Made by a program: the position numbers and the translations under genes. This document shows, in pieces, positions 38,945 through 48,395 of a stretch of DNA of 64,000 nt. Below the pieces are notes generated by a model. It was given only the letters and a program-made list of their open reading frames with translations, was not told where the DNA came from and did no database searches. The stretch lies in the sequence record PV037056.1; one strand, 5' to 3'. The DNA comes from Staphylococcus phage Fi4S2. Numbering within the stretch: position 1 is the stretch's first letter; each line of letters starts with the position of its first letter.

Positions 38945-39160
38945 ATGGTAAAAAAACTGCAACGTGTTAGACAAGAGCAGGGATTATCATTAAAAAATTT
39001 AGCAGATAACATAGGTGTCCATCCAACTACCATAAACTATTGGGAGCATGGTAAACGTAATCCTAAAAGTGTTAACAGAATGATGTTAGAGGAAGAACTT
39101 GGTAAGCCTATAGATTTTTTATTAGAGGAGGATAATAATGACAGAACTAAACATAGATAG
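38945..39160 (+). CDS. XRE-family helix-turn-helix regulator
   Basis: LSLKNLADNIGVHPTTINYWEHGKRNP is an HTH_3 motif. Confidence 0.7.
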   Translation: MVKKLQRVRQEQGLSLKNLADNIGVHPTTINYWEHGKRNPKSVNRMMLEEELGKPIDFLLEEDNNDRTKHR

Positions 39161-39851
39161 TTTATTACCTACTGGGTATGAGGGAGAAGAAGTTTATGAA
39201 TTAGTTGAGACATTTCAGCTACAAGATTTAATGTTAACTCTAGGGAAAGATAACTTTAGCTTTATTATTAGTCAAATAAACAACCTAAATAGTAAAGAAG
39301 ATACGGTAAGATTTTTAGGTATACTAGATAAATTATTATCAAAAGATAGACCTAAAGTTATATATGATGATGTATATAGAGTACCTAATACTAGAGCTAT
39401 AGATACAACAATTGAAGAGTTAAGTAAAATTAAGCTATTAAAATATAAACAAGCATGGGAAGAAGAGTTTCCTAATCTACGCAAGTCTATATTAAGCTAT
39501 CTTCAGCTAGCAATATCTATTTTGAGCTCTAGAGAAGAAGAGCCTAGTGAATATTCAGATGTAGATGTGAAGTTTGAAGCAGACGATGAATTAACTCCAG
39601 TTATAGAAACTTTTATTGACAGCCTATTCAAATCAGTGTATAATGAAGAAAGAATTACAAAAGTTTTAGAGATAATTAAGGAAGACAATGATGACCTAGG
39701 TAAAAACCCTGAAGATAAGTCATTGTTAAGATTGTACTTTATCTTAGGTGATGAAGTAGAGGATGATTCTGACATTGAAGAACTTGTAAATGATAAAGCA
39801 GAAGTCCTATCTACTTACATTATTGCTAGATTAGAGGAACAAAATAACTAA
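39138..39851 (+). CDS. hypothetical acidic protein
   Basis: 237 aa. Confidence 0.5.
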   Translation: MTELNIDSLLPTGYEGEEVYELVETFQLQDLMLTLGKDNFSFIISQINNLNSKEDTVRFLGILDKLLSKDRPKVIYDDVYRVPNTRAIDTTIEELSKIKLLKYKQAWEEEFPNLRKSILSYLQLAISILSSREEEPSEYSDVDVKFEADDELTPVIETFIDSLFKSVYNEERITKVLEIIKEDNDDLGKNPEDKSLLRLYFILGDEVEDDSDIEELVNDKAEVLSTYIIARLEEQNN

Positions 39852-39865
39852 TTAGGAGTGGTTAT

Positions 39866-40054
39866 ATGTACTTATTTACAATTAAACTTGATGAATTTAT
39901 TTTAGACATTGTTGCGGAAAATGCAGAAAAAGCTTTACTTCACATTCATAAGAGATTTAACATTATTGAGCCTCCTGAAATATTGCGTACAGAGGTATTA
40001 GACGACCCTGAAGATGATGAATACATTTCAAAAGCGGTAAGCATAAATGTCTAA
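39866..40054 (+). CDS. hypothetical protein
   Basis: 62 aa; RBS AGGAGTGG. Confidence 0.45.
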   Translation: MYLFTIKLDEFILDIVAENAEKALLHIHKRFNIIEPPEILRTEVLDDPEDDEYISKAVSINV

Positions 40055-40496
40055 GTATCAATTGTATACAGATGGAAGTTATGACAAAGAAAGTGAAGTA
40101 TATGGATGTGGATTTGCACTAGTTAAAGACGGTGTATGTATATCTACACATACAAAAGCTTATTGTAATGAGTTTTCAGCACATCGTAATGTTGCAGGAG
40201 AAGTATTAGCTGTCATGCTAGGTATAGAGTATTGCTTTAAAATAGGTGTAAAAGAACTAGAAATAGTTTACGATTATACAGGAATTGGTAATTGGGCTTT
40301 AGGAATATGGAATGCAAAAAAACCATTGACACAAATGTATAAAAGGTTTATACTTAGTTATACAAACCACATGACTTTAGAATTTACAAATATTAAAGGT
40401 CACACAGGTGTAGAATACAATGAACTTGCTGATGAATTAGCAAGTAAATCAATTAAGGAATTTAAAGGAGAAATTAGTTATGAAAACAACAATTAA
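40047..40496 (+). CDS. rnhA: ribonuclease HI
   Basis: YTDGSY...GCGF...AGEVLAV...NWALGIW...IKGHTGVEYNELADELA is an RNase H fold with the catalytic D/E/D positions. Confidence 0.8.
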   Translation: MSKYQLYTDGSYDKESEVYGCGFALVKDGVCISTHTKAYCNEFSAHRNVAGEVLAVMLGIEYCFKIGVKELEIVYDYTGIGNWALGIWNAKKPLTQMYKRFILSYTNHMTLEFTNIKGHTGVEYNELADELASKSIKEFKGEISYENNN

Positions 40497-41022
40497 AGGA
40501 ATTAGAGAATTTAAAACAAAGGACATTAATGAAGTCATAAAAACACTAGATGTTGATTTGTTTACAGACAAGCAGTTAATCAGAGACACATCAGGAGATT
40601 ATTTAGCAGAATATAATATTCAAGAGGATGACATTACTTATTATACTTGTAATGAGAATTTACATGGTACAGCAGAAGAGCTAACTAAAGTACATCCATC
40701 TGAGTTACCTGATGGTTTAGAGTGGAGAGCTTTACACCACGGGGAAGTTAATGTATTTGATGAGGGCATAAGACATAAGTTATTTACTATCACAACTGTA
40801 CTACCTGGTGTAAAAACATCATCAAAAACGTGTTATTCAGGAGAGCTTCTAGAACTATACTATGATTCCATGTATGAGCTTATTTTAGCAAATTACGATG
40901 GGGTTGTTTATATAACAGCGTCAGACTTACACACAGGTGAAGTAGAGTTCTTATCTACTGACAGACAAGACATTATTGATACTTTCACACAAGCCAATGT
41001 TAAAAAACAATTGAGTATGTAG
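40480..41022 (+). CDS. hypothetical protein
   Basis: 180 aa; RBS AAAGGAG. Confidence 0.5.
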   Translation: MKTTIKGIREFKTKDINEVIKTLDVDLFTDKQLIRDTSGDYLAEYNIQEDDITYYTCNENLHGTAEELTKVHPSELPDGLEWRALHHGEVNVFDEGIRHKLFTITTVLPGVKTSSKTCYSGELLELYYDSMYELILANYDGVVYITASDLHTGEVEFLSTDRQDIIDTFTQANVKKQLSM

Positions 41023-41031
41023 GAGGAACTT

Positions 41032-41313
41032 ATGGAGAAAAGAGATAAGAAAAAACTCACAAAAGAGTTAAGAGCCCTGGAAAAGTCCTTTTTAGAAGAG
41101 TGTTATGAAGACTATGAGAGTGTTAAAGGTATAGTAAACTCTACTAAAGATAACGGAAACCGTAAAGAGTTAGTTGATACAGCTAAGAAAACTATCATAA
41201 GTATGATAGAGAGCTTAGACATTCACGTAAAATCTTACAAATACTTATATAAAAAAAGTAAATTAAAATCAAAGCTTCAAAGTCTTTATTTAGAGTTGGA
41301 GTTTGAGGAGTGA
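41032..41313 (+). CDS. hypothetical protein
   Basis: 93 aa; RBS AGGAGG. Confidence 0.5.
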   Translation: MEKRDKKKLTKELRALEKSFLEECYEDYESVKGIVNSTKDNGNRKELVDTAKKTIISMIESLDIHVKSYKYLYKKSKLKSKLQSLYLELEFEE

Positions 41314-41317
41314 TTAA

Positions 41318-41493
41318 ATGTCAATAGGTGAGATTGTGTTCTTACTAATATGCTTTATATTAGGTTCACTATCAGTTGGTATGTTAGTAGCAGATAGAGA
41401 TAATATAAGTAAAAATGAAGGAGCTTTCTTTATACTTGTATTAGTACTAAGTCTCGTGTGTATATGTTATACATTTATAAGTTATATTAATTA
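41318..41493 (+). CDS. small membrane protein (58 aa, not in ORF track)
   Basis: MSIGEIVFLLICFILGSLSVGMLVA..., with RBS GAGGAG. Confidence 0.35.
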
Positions 41494-41504
41494 GGAGGAT
41501 TATA

Positions 41505-41756
41505 ATGTTAAAGAATATTTCAAAACATATGTATGATGGTAATTTTTTCAGTAGGTTAGTGATGATTGTATTGACAATGATTTCAGTTTCTTTAGTATTC
41601 TATGTAGTGTACTCAACTATCTTTGTACTTTATTCTGTTTTAGGGTTAGGAGCATTTTTAGTTAGTGGTATGATAGGTATCTTATTAATTGTTGTTGCTA
41701 TGATTAAGTACCCTAAGAAGCAAGAATATAGTGAGTACGCTAGGAAGCGTATGTAG
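41505..41756 (+). CDS. membrane protein
   Basis: 83 aa, two TM segments; RBS AGGAGG. Confidence 0.5.
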   Translation: MLKNISKHMYDGNFFSRLVMIVLTMISVSLVFYVVYSTIFVLYSVLGLGAFLVSGMIGILLIVVAMIKYPKKQEYSEYARKRM

Positions 41757-41918
41757 GTGGTGTGAACATGAAACCAGTTGTAGCTTTAACGGTAGAAGAG
41801 GCAGTACTCATTACTAAACACCTAAAAGGTAGTAATGATAAAAAAGTTGTAGAACTAAAGGACTCTATTAATGAGAGAATACAAATAGCTTTAGGTTCTA
41901 CTAAAAAAGATTAAATTA

Positions 41919-41952
41919 AAGACTTGACTTATGTCAGGTCTTTTTGTATACT
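41919..41952 (+). promoter_or_regulatory. terminator hairpin overlapping a sigma-A-like promoter
   Basis: AAGACTTGAC-TTAT-GTCAGGTCTT followed by TTTT; within it TTGACT - 17 nt - TATACT. Confidence 0.5.
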
Positions 41953-41982
41953 ATAAATAGATAAGAAAAGGAGAGATAATGT

Positions 41983-42855
41983 ATGCAAGTATATAAAGGA
42001 AAAAGTTATGATAAGCAATACCAAGAACTATGTAGTCGTATATATGAAGAAGGGGAGTTAGACACGAACCCAAGACCACATTATGAAGATGGTGAACCAG
42101 CTCATGTTAGGTCGGTATTCCATCACACATTCAAATTTACCCCTCAAGATGTACCTCTATTATTTAGCAAAAAGGTGTTTACTAGACAAGCAATTGAAGA
42201 ACTGTTGTGGATTTGGCGTGATAGAAGTAATGATGTAGGGAAATTACAAGATAAAAACGTACACATATGGGACTTTTGGGCTGATGAAAACAACACAATT
42301 AAACGTGCGTACGGTTATCAACTTGCACAGGAGGTAGGTCATACAGGACGTAATCAAGTAGACAACCTCATTCATAACCTAAAAACAAATCCTGAGAGTC
42401 GTAGACATATTGTACACTTATGGAATGTTGAAGACATAGATGACATGGCTTTAACACCTTGTGTATTTTTAACGCAATGGTGCGTTGTAGGCAACAAATT
42501 GCATTTAGAAGTTATAGTACGCTCTAATGACATTGCACTAGGAAATCCTTTTAACTGTATACAGTATTGGGTACTTCATAAGCTGATTGCAAAAGAAGTT
42601 GGTATTGAAGCAGGAGATGTTATGTTTACGATGGTTATGCCTCATATCTATGATAGACACTTCGATACTATCAATGAACAGATGAAAAGACTATCAGATT
42701 TAGACGCTATAGACCCTGTATATGACAAAGAGATTACTGTTGAAATTGATGATGTAGGATTCTACGATTTTACATTGGATAATATCAGAATTAAAGGCTA
42801 TGACAACTTCGGTGGAGAGCCATTAAAAAAATATAGTTTTGAAGTTGGAATCTAG
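41983..42855 (+). CDS. ThyA-family enzyme (thymidylate synthase / dNMP hydroxymethylase-like)
   Basis: RRHIVHLWNVEDID, then MALTPCVFLTQW (catalytic Cys), then VRSNDIALGNPFN. The Cys is followed by V rather than H, and ThyA's QRS appears as VRS. Confidence 0.7.
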   Translation: MQVYKGKSYDKQYQELCSRIYEEGELDTNPRPHYEDGEPAHVRSVFHHTFKFTPQDVPLLFSKKVFTRQAIEELLWIWRDRSNDVGKLQDKNVHIWDFWADENNTIKRAYGYQLAQEVGHTGRNQVDNLIHNLKTNPESRRHIVHLWNVEDIDDMALTPCVFLTQWCVVGNKLHLEVIVRSNDIALGNPFNCIQYWVLHKLIAKEVGIEAGDVMFTMVMPHIYDRHFDTINEQMKRLSDLDAIDPVYDKEITVEIDDVGFYDFTLDNIRIKGYDNFGGEPLKKYSFEVGI

Positions 42856-42881
42856 TATATGTTACATTAAGGAGGACTTAT

Positions 42882-43109
42882 ATGGGTTTTTCAGATGAGC
42901 TAAATAAGCATAAACGTAAATCTAGCTTTAAAGAATATGAAGAACAAGTAAAAGCATTTAAAGAAGACCCTAATTCTATTTATAATAGACTTAAAGCCAT
43001 GCCTTATACTCATTGGAGGCTATACTTCGATACCAAGTATAACTACATGGACTTAAGAAAAGAACCCAGGAAAGAATATGAATTTAAATATATAGACAAG
43101 GAGAAGTGA
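42882..43109 (+). CDS. hypothetical protein
   Basis: 75 aa; RBS AAGGAGG. Confidence 0.45.
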   Translation: MGFSDELNKHKRKSSFKEYEEQVKAFKEDPNSIYNRLKAMPYTHWRLYFDTKYNYMDLRKEPRKEYEFKYIDKEK

Positions 43110-43663
43110 TTAATGTGCTTTATGTAATAGTCGGGAATACCTGTTCAGGTAAGACAACACTACAAAAAGAATTAGTTAGGCTTACAGGTATTAAACCTTT
43201 AATTACCTACACTAATAGACCTATGAGAGATAATGAGGTAGAAGGGCAAGATTATTTCTTCATCAGTACTAAAGAGATAGAAAGCCCTATGTATGTTAAT
43301 AAAAGGTATTTCTATACTATTCATGATGTAAATCCATATATTTATGGTATACATTACGATGATTTAAAAGATGAGGAGGATAAGATAGCTATACTCGACC
43401 CTCCAGGTGTATATAACCTACGCAGTCTTCTAGGAGAAGAAAACTTAAAGACGATGTACTTAGACATCCCTGAAAAGATTATTAAAGAGAGAGCAGAGTT
43501 GCGTGGGGATGAGGAGGCAGAGATTGAACGTAGGTTAGAAGATGATAGACCAGGATTTGAAAGTATCAAAGATGACTGTGACTTAATACTAACTCCTTTA
43601 AGTGGTGACATCACGAGTACAGCATACAAGTTCATTCAAGGAGGAAACAACAATGAGTTATAA
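43106..43663 (+). CDS. dNMP/guanylate kinase-like P-loop kinase
   Basis: P-loop GNTCSGKTT and a TNRPMRDNEVEGQDYFF segment similar to guanylate kinase. Confidence 0.7.
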   Translation: MINVLYVIVGNTCSGKTTLQKELVRLTGIKPLITYTNRPMRDNEVEGQDYFFISTKEIESPMYVNKRYFYTIHDVNPYIYGIHYDDLKDEEDKIAILDPPGVYNLRSLLGEENLKTMYLDIPEKIIKERAELRGDEEAEIERRLEDDRPGFESIKDDCDLILTPLSGDITSTAYKFIQGGNNNEL

Positions 43664-44006
43664 CATTAACTTGAGATTAGTTAAAGACATTATAAACAAC
43701 AGAGCAGACCACAATCCCTACCTAACTTTAGAGCAGAATACGGGTAGTTACGTGGATGCATCTATAGATGAAGTTAAATTTACATCTTTTATGTCAGAAA
43801 ATAAGCTCTATGAAGTAATATCTATTACTATTACCCCTTTGAACATAGCTACTACATCTAAAATAGAAATAATGCTAATGCAAAAGGATTTTAAAGACGT
43901 AACAATATCTAATGTTAAGGACTTAGCTTTTGAATTAATGACTGTGAGAGGTTCTATAGAATTAGTAAATGAGTTATATAGGAGTGACCAATATGAAAAA
44001 ATATGA
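43653..44006 (+). CDS. hypothetical protein
   Basis: AGGAGGA RBS precedes the ATG at 43653. The longer 43602 ORF overlaps the kinase. Confidence 0.45.
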   Translation: MSYNINLRLVKDIINNRADHNPYLTLEQNTGSYVDASIDEVKFTSFMSENKLYEVISITITPLNIATTSKIEIMLMQKDFKDVTISNVKDLAFELMTVRGSIELVNELYRSDQYEKI

Positions 44007-44205
44007 AAAAAGTATTATTACATTGGCTATAGCTATTGTGTACTTTATTATACTTACTGGTATCTTCTTTATAGGGTTCCATTACGAGCTACAAAAAGCA
44101 TTGGTTGAAGCGGGTAAGAGTGCTATTATTGTATGGCTTGTAGTTTGGTTATTGGATTACCTATCGACAAACAATAGTAAGAAAAAGAAGAAAAAGAAGA
44201 AGTAG
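43993..44205 (+). CDS. small membrane protein with poly-Lys tail
   Basis: About 70 aa, two TM segments; RBS AGGAGTGA. Confidence 0.4.
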   Translation: MKKYEKSIITLAIAIVYFIILTGIFFIGFHYELQKALVEAGKSAIIVWLVVWLLDYLSTNNSKKKKKKKK

Positions 44206-44228
44206 CTTTGGCTACTTTTTTTTTATTT
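44200..44228 (+). terminator. intrinsic terminator
   Basis: AGTAGC-TTTG-GCTACT followed by T9. Confidence 0.65.
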
Positions 44229-44333
44229 TCTAAAAATTGTAATAAAAAGATACTGTTCTGTAACATTAGTGTAATGTACTTGTGTTAGATTAAGAGAGTA
44301 GAAAAATACAAAACAAATTACACGGAGGATTTT

Positions 44334-45032
44334 ATGATTAAAAAATTAATTTTACCAACAGCAGTAATCGGAGCAACATTATTATTTGGCAACTCGGCAC
44401 ATGAGGCAAAAGCAGATGAAGTAAACCAAGCAAAATTAGTAGACCTTGCTAATAACCACCAAGAGGAATTAAATAGCAAACCTGTACAAGCAGGAGCTTA
44501 TAATATAGATTTTGTCAACAACGGACAATCATATCACTTTGAGAGTAATGGCTCTACATGGTCATGGTCAGTTGGTGGGGAATCAACTTCTAATACTACA
44601 GAAGCAGTAAAAGCACCTGAACAAAAAGTAGACCAACAACAAGCTCAATTCAATACACAACCTAAACAAGATACTAAAGAATATGTGCAACCGACATCGG
44701 TGTCGGCTCCTAAAACAGTAGAAGCACCTAAAGTAGAAGCACCTAAAGTAGAAGCTAAGGCAACAAAAAGTACAGGAGGTTCTGTAGCAGAACAAATTAG
44801 ACAAGCAGGCGGAGATGAAGCAATGATTGAAATTGCTATGCGTGAGTCTACAATGAATCCTAACGCTGTTAATGCTTCATCAGGAGCTCAAGGATTATTC
44901 CAAGGATTAGGTAAATCATGGAGTGGAGGTTCTATAGCAGAACAAACTAAAGGAGCTAAACAATACATGATTGACCGTTACGGTTCAACATCAGGAGCTC
45001 TTGCATACCACAACGCACATAACAGCTATTAA
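44334..45032 (+). CDS. secreted IsaA/SceD-like transglycosylase-domain protein
   Basis: Signal peptide (ending AHEAKA), VEAPK repeats, and a C-terminal AVNASSGAQGLFQGLGKSW...YHNAH resembling the staphylococcal IsaA/SceD domain. Confidence 0.65.
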   Translation: MIKKLILPTAVIGATLLFGNSAHEAKADEVNQAKLVDLANNHQEELNSKPVQAGAYNIDFVNNGQSYHFESNGSTWSWSVGGESTSNTTEAVKAPEQKVDQQQAQFNTQPKQDTKEYVQPTSVSAPKTVEAPKVEAPKVEAKATKSTGGSVAEQIRQAGGDEAMIEIAMRESTMNPNAVNASSGAQGLFQGLGKSWSGGSIAEQTKGAKQYMIDRYGSTSGALAYHNAHNSY

Positions 45033-45070
45033 TGTTATATTAGAACTAAACCATCAGAAAGGAAGATTAC

Positions 45071-45243
45071 ATGATTGAAGTAAGCCAAGAGTTCTTAGCT
45101 CAACTAGCAAAAAGTAATGATGAAAACTTAAATAAAAAACCTTTACAAAAAGGTGATTACAGCATTGACTTCGAGTTAGATGGTATCCAATATCATTTTG
45201 CACAAACTAATGGACGATGGGTTTGGAACTACAAAGCTAAATA
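45071..45243 (+). CDS. 57-aa ORF paralogous to the N-terminal domain of the preceding secreted protein
   Basis: NKKPLQKGDYSIDFELDGIQYHFAQTNGRWVWNY matches NSKPVQAGAYNIDFVNNGQSYHFESNGSTWSWS. Followed by a terminator. Confidence 0.4.
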
Positions 45244-45250
45244 GAAATAT

Positions 45251-45281
45251 GAGACACCTCGAAAGGTGTCTTTTTTTTTTG
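45251..45281 (+). terminator. intrinsic terminator
   Basis: GAGACACCTCGAAAGGTGTC followed by T10. Confidence 0.75.
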
Positions 45282-45341
45282 TTTACTTTATTAATATCTT
45301 ATGATATACTTTATGTAATAACAAATTAGGAGGAATTAATT

Positions 45342-45548
45342 ATGGCATTAAGAATTAAATCAGAGGTATTAGAAGAAGGTATCGTAGACTATTTAAGAAC
45401 AGAGCATGAGACATTTTTTATTACATTAAATTCCATTACTATTCAAGATGGTACAGATTACATTATAGCTCATTACACGTATTTATTACCTGAGGATAAC
45501 TTTGAAGTGGAGTATAAAGATTCTAGAGTATTTGGGGAGGTAGTATAG
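45342..45548 (+). CDS. hypothetical protein
   Basis: 68 aa; RBS AGGAGG. Confidence 0.5.
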   Translation: MALRIKSEVLEEGIVDYLRTEHETFFITLNSITIQDGTDYIIAHYTYLLPEDNFEVEYKDSRVFGEVV

Positions 45549-46088
45549 GTGGATAAGGTATACTTAATAAGTGAAGAACAAATAGATGACTATGGTAATG
45601 TTGAATATAGTAAAGCACTTGGATACTGTTTAGATAAGGATACTGCTGACTATATACAAGAAAATATGAATTCATACGACTATATAGAAGTGGAAGAAAT
45701 ATCAGAATTAACTAAAGACATACTAAACAAAGAGCAAAGATTCTTCTTAACAAGCCAAAAGGTGAACATAACTAGAGTAGATGGTTACTTTAAACTAGAT
45801 AGTATAAAAGATGTAGAAGAAGATACATTCTTTGATGATGTTAATAAAGAAAACTTTAGAAATAAAGGACTATTTGATGGTAAAATAAACTTAGAAACAT
45901 ATAAAATAAACAAGAACTGGTTCATTTTAGAGATTGGTGAATTTGGTGAAACACCTGTAGACATTGTATCATTTAAACAAAAAATGGGTAGTTATATCAA
46001 TAAAGTAAACTTTGTACTTAAGCATTTAAGAGAAGCTGGAATTAAATCTACAAAAGAAGTTCAAGAAAACTTATTACAATTAAGATAA
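45549..46088 (+). CDS. hypothetical protein (GTG start)
   Basis: 179 aa; RBS GGGGAGG. Confidence 0.5.
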   Translation: MDKVYLISEEQIDDYGNVEYSKALGYCLDKDTADYIQENMNSYDYIEVEEISELTKDILNKEQRFFLTSQKVNITRVDGYFKLDSIKDVEEDTFFDDVNKENFRNKGLFDGKINLETYKINKNWFILEIGEFGETPVDIVSFKQKMGSYINKVNFVLKHLREAGIKSTKEVQENLLQLR

Positions 46089-46090
46089 GG

Positions 46091-46315
46091 ATGATAGCTA
46101 TGAAGCTAGGTCAAGCCATTGATTACATGATGGAGAATGAACTGCAAGTAACCGTAGAACAGCCTGCAATGTATTTGGTAGGTGACTATTATGAAGTTAC
46201 AGGGTATGTAATAAAAATGTATTGTGTTACTGAATTGATGGACATATTATTTAAAAGAGAATGGGAATTTTCAAATTATCATAAACTAGAGGAGATGGAA
46301 GATGATGAAACGTAG
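46091..46315 (+). CDS. hypothetical protein
   Basis: 74 aa. Confidence 0.45.
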   Translation: MIAMKLGQAIDYMMENELQVTVEQPAMYLVGDYYEVTGYVIKMYCVTELMDILFKREWEFSNYHKLEEMEDDET

Positions 46316-46534
46316 AAACTTAGTATTAAGTAGTCTAGCAGGTATTGTCTTAGGGGTATTAATATATCAAGTAGGTAAAAATGTAATTATTAGTATAGAG
46401 GCTAATGATGACATAGATTCTGTAGAAGAAAGTTATTAAAATTTCTATGGAAGAGTTGACAATAAGTATCTTAGCTGGTACAATTGGTATTGTAGCTTTA
46501 GCAATTAAAGATAAATTAAAGGAGAAGAGATAAA

Positions 46535-46846
46535 ATGACTAACATGAATGAACTAGTACAAGCGGTAGAAGAATGGAGTATGAATAAAGGGTTAGACAAA
46601 GCTGACAGTAAAGCTCAGTTCACAAAAGTTGTGGAAGAGGTCGGAGAGGTTGCTTCAGCATTAGCTAGAAGTGATAAAGAGTTATTACAGGATGGTATTG
46701 GAGATGTTGTAGTAACACTTGTTATCCTAGCACAGCAGAATGGAATGACGTTAGAGGAATGTTTAAACACAGCTTATAATGAGATTAAGGGTCGAACAGG
46801 TAAGATGGTAAATGGTACTTTTGTTAAATCTGAGGATTTAAAATGA
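46535..46846 (+). CDS. MazG-like nucleoside triphosphate pyrophosphohydrolase
   Basis: EEVGEVASALAR...DGIGDVVVTLVILAQ matches the MazG EExxE/D metal-binding pattern. Confidence 0.75.
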   Translation: MTNMNELVQAVEEWSMNKGLDKADSKAQFTKVVEEVGEVASALARSDKELLQDGIGDVVVTLVILAQQNGMTLEECLNTAYNEIKGRTGKMVNGTFVKSEDLK

Positions 46847-47028
46847 AGCAGTACCTAGTGAAAACTATAACACATAGTACAGGGGAAAAATTCATTGATG
46901 CTCAAAAAGTAAAAGAAAATGAAGAGTATACTACAGTCTATGCAAATAATTATGAGGAAGCTAAAACTATGGCAAAGCTTCCTCCTGAGTATAGAAAGTT
47001 AAGAAGCATTCAAAATCTATTAGGATAG
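46843..47028 (+). CDS. hypothetical protein
   Basis: 61 aa. Confidence 0.45.
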   Translation: MKQYLVKTITHSTGEKFIDAQKVKENEEYTTVYANNYEEAKTMAKLPPEYRKLRSIQNLLG

Positions 47029-47080
47029 AAGGAGTGAATTAGATGGGTGTAATGATGAGTAAGATAGAGGAGGGAGAATA

Positions 47081-47329
47081 ATGCAATTTAAAAAACCCAA
47101 AAAAGAAGAAGAAGTAAAAAAATCTATTAATTTTATAAGGATTCATGATGTATCAGGGTCTTCTACTATTATACAGCAAAAAGATACTAAAACTAATTTA
47201 AATTCTTTTATCAAGGGTCTTGTTTTTAATGGTGCTAAACCTTTAGAATCTAACAAAGGTGATACATCTATATGGTTCAAAGACAATATTACCCATATAG
47301 ATACTGTATATTATAAGGAGGAAAACTAA
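47081..47329 (+). CDS. hypothetical protein
   Basis: 82 aa; RBS GGAGGGAG. Confidence 0.5.
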   Translation: MQFKKPKKEEEVKKSINFIRIHDVSGSSTIIQQKDTKTNLNSFIKGLVFNGAKPLESNKGDTSIWFKDNITHIDTVYYKEEN

Positions 47330-47574
47330 TGGAATTTTTTATAGGTAGAACAAGCACTATTAATAAAAAGCATATAGAGGGTGCCTATATAAAGAAATTG
47401 GAAGAGGTAGACCAAAAAGGTAATCCATTTACTATAGAACGTTGGTGTGTAGAAATTAATAGCTTAGAAGAGCTTGTAGAGTTAAGTAACCAAGAGGGTG
47501 AAGTTATTATTAATACTAGAGGTGACTCACCATTTTCACCTTACCTAGAAATATATGATTATTATAGAGAATAA
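47329..47574 (+). CDS. hypothetical protein
   Basis: 81 aa; RBS AAGGAGG. Confidence 0.5.
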   Translation: MEFFIGRTSTINKKHIEGAYIKKLEEVDQKGNPFTIERWCVEINSLEELVELSNQEGEVIINTRGDSPFSPYLEIYDYYRE

Positions 47575-47609
47575 CTAACTATACGTTACCCCTTTGCTAG
47601 ATTAAGAGT

Positions 47610-48071
47610 ATGTTAATCTACAAGGGGGTTTTATATGTGAACAAGACTGATATGCTTAGTCTTATAGACCATCTTATCACTCAAGCAAGATTTTGGCACC
47701 TAGAATATGCAAAAGCTAATATAATACCATCTGAATATGAAAAAGTAAAGAGCTACAGACAAAAGTTCGATGAAGACCTATACAGAAAAGGGGAAGACAT
47801 TATCAATCACATAGAATCTCAAAGCGATGTAGAGTCAATAACGATACTTCTAAAAGGCTATAGTATCCTACTAAGTTCTAATTTAGAGCAAGAAAACGCT
47901 CACCACTATACATCTCATCAACTAAGGCAAATATTAGAGTCTTTAAAGGCAAAACAGAGTATAAATGAGCAAAATAGTACCAACAAAATACATATTGAAG
48001 AAAGTGAAATCATAGGATACAGTGTAACATATAAGAGTGATTATCAATCAGAGTTCCAAAAGAATAAATGA
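47610..48071 (+). CDS. hypothetical protein (start likely GTG 47637 or ATG 47652)
   Basis: 153-aa ORF; AAGGGGG precedes 47637. Confidence 0.45.
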   Translation: MLIYKGVLYVNKTDMLSLIDHLITQARFWHLEYAKANIIPSEYEKVKSYRQKFDEDLYRKGEDIINHIESQSDVESITILLKGYSILLSSNLEQENAHHYTSHQLRQILESLKAKQSINEQNSTNKIHIEESEIIGYSVTYKSDYQSEFQKNK

Positions 48072-48090
48072 TAAGTATAAGACTAAGTAT

Positions 48091-48118
48091 AGAGACTGTA
48101 AAAAGTCTCTTTTTTTAT
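48091..48118 (+). terminator. intrinsic terminator
   Basis: AGAGACTGTAAAAAGTCTCT followed by T7. Confidence 0.75.
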
Positions 48119-48179
48119 TGACTTATATTAAAATACCTGATATAATAAGTACATAACCAGTTAAAAGGAGGAACTATTA

Positions 48180-48395
48180 ATGTATAGTAGCTTTTTAGAA
48201 GAGGAAGAAAATCAAAAGTCAGTTAGAAAGAAAAACTTAGAGAACGCACCTAAAAGCAATGGTTATTTAATAGAACATAAAGATACAGGAAATATTATAA
48301 CCCCAATTTTAGTTACAGAGGTAGAAGAAGTGAGTGCAGAAGGTGCAAGGAAAAAGAGATTAGTAGATTTCAATAAGGATGAGGAGGAAAAATAA
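48180..48395 (+). CDS. hypothetical protein
   Basis: 71 aa; RBS AAGGAGG. Confidence 0.5.
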   Translation: MYSSFLEEEENQKSVRKKNLENAPKSNGYLIEHKDTGNIITPILVTEVEEVSAEGARKKRLVDFNKDEEEK

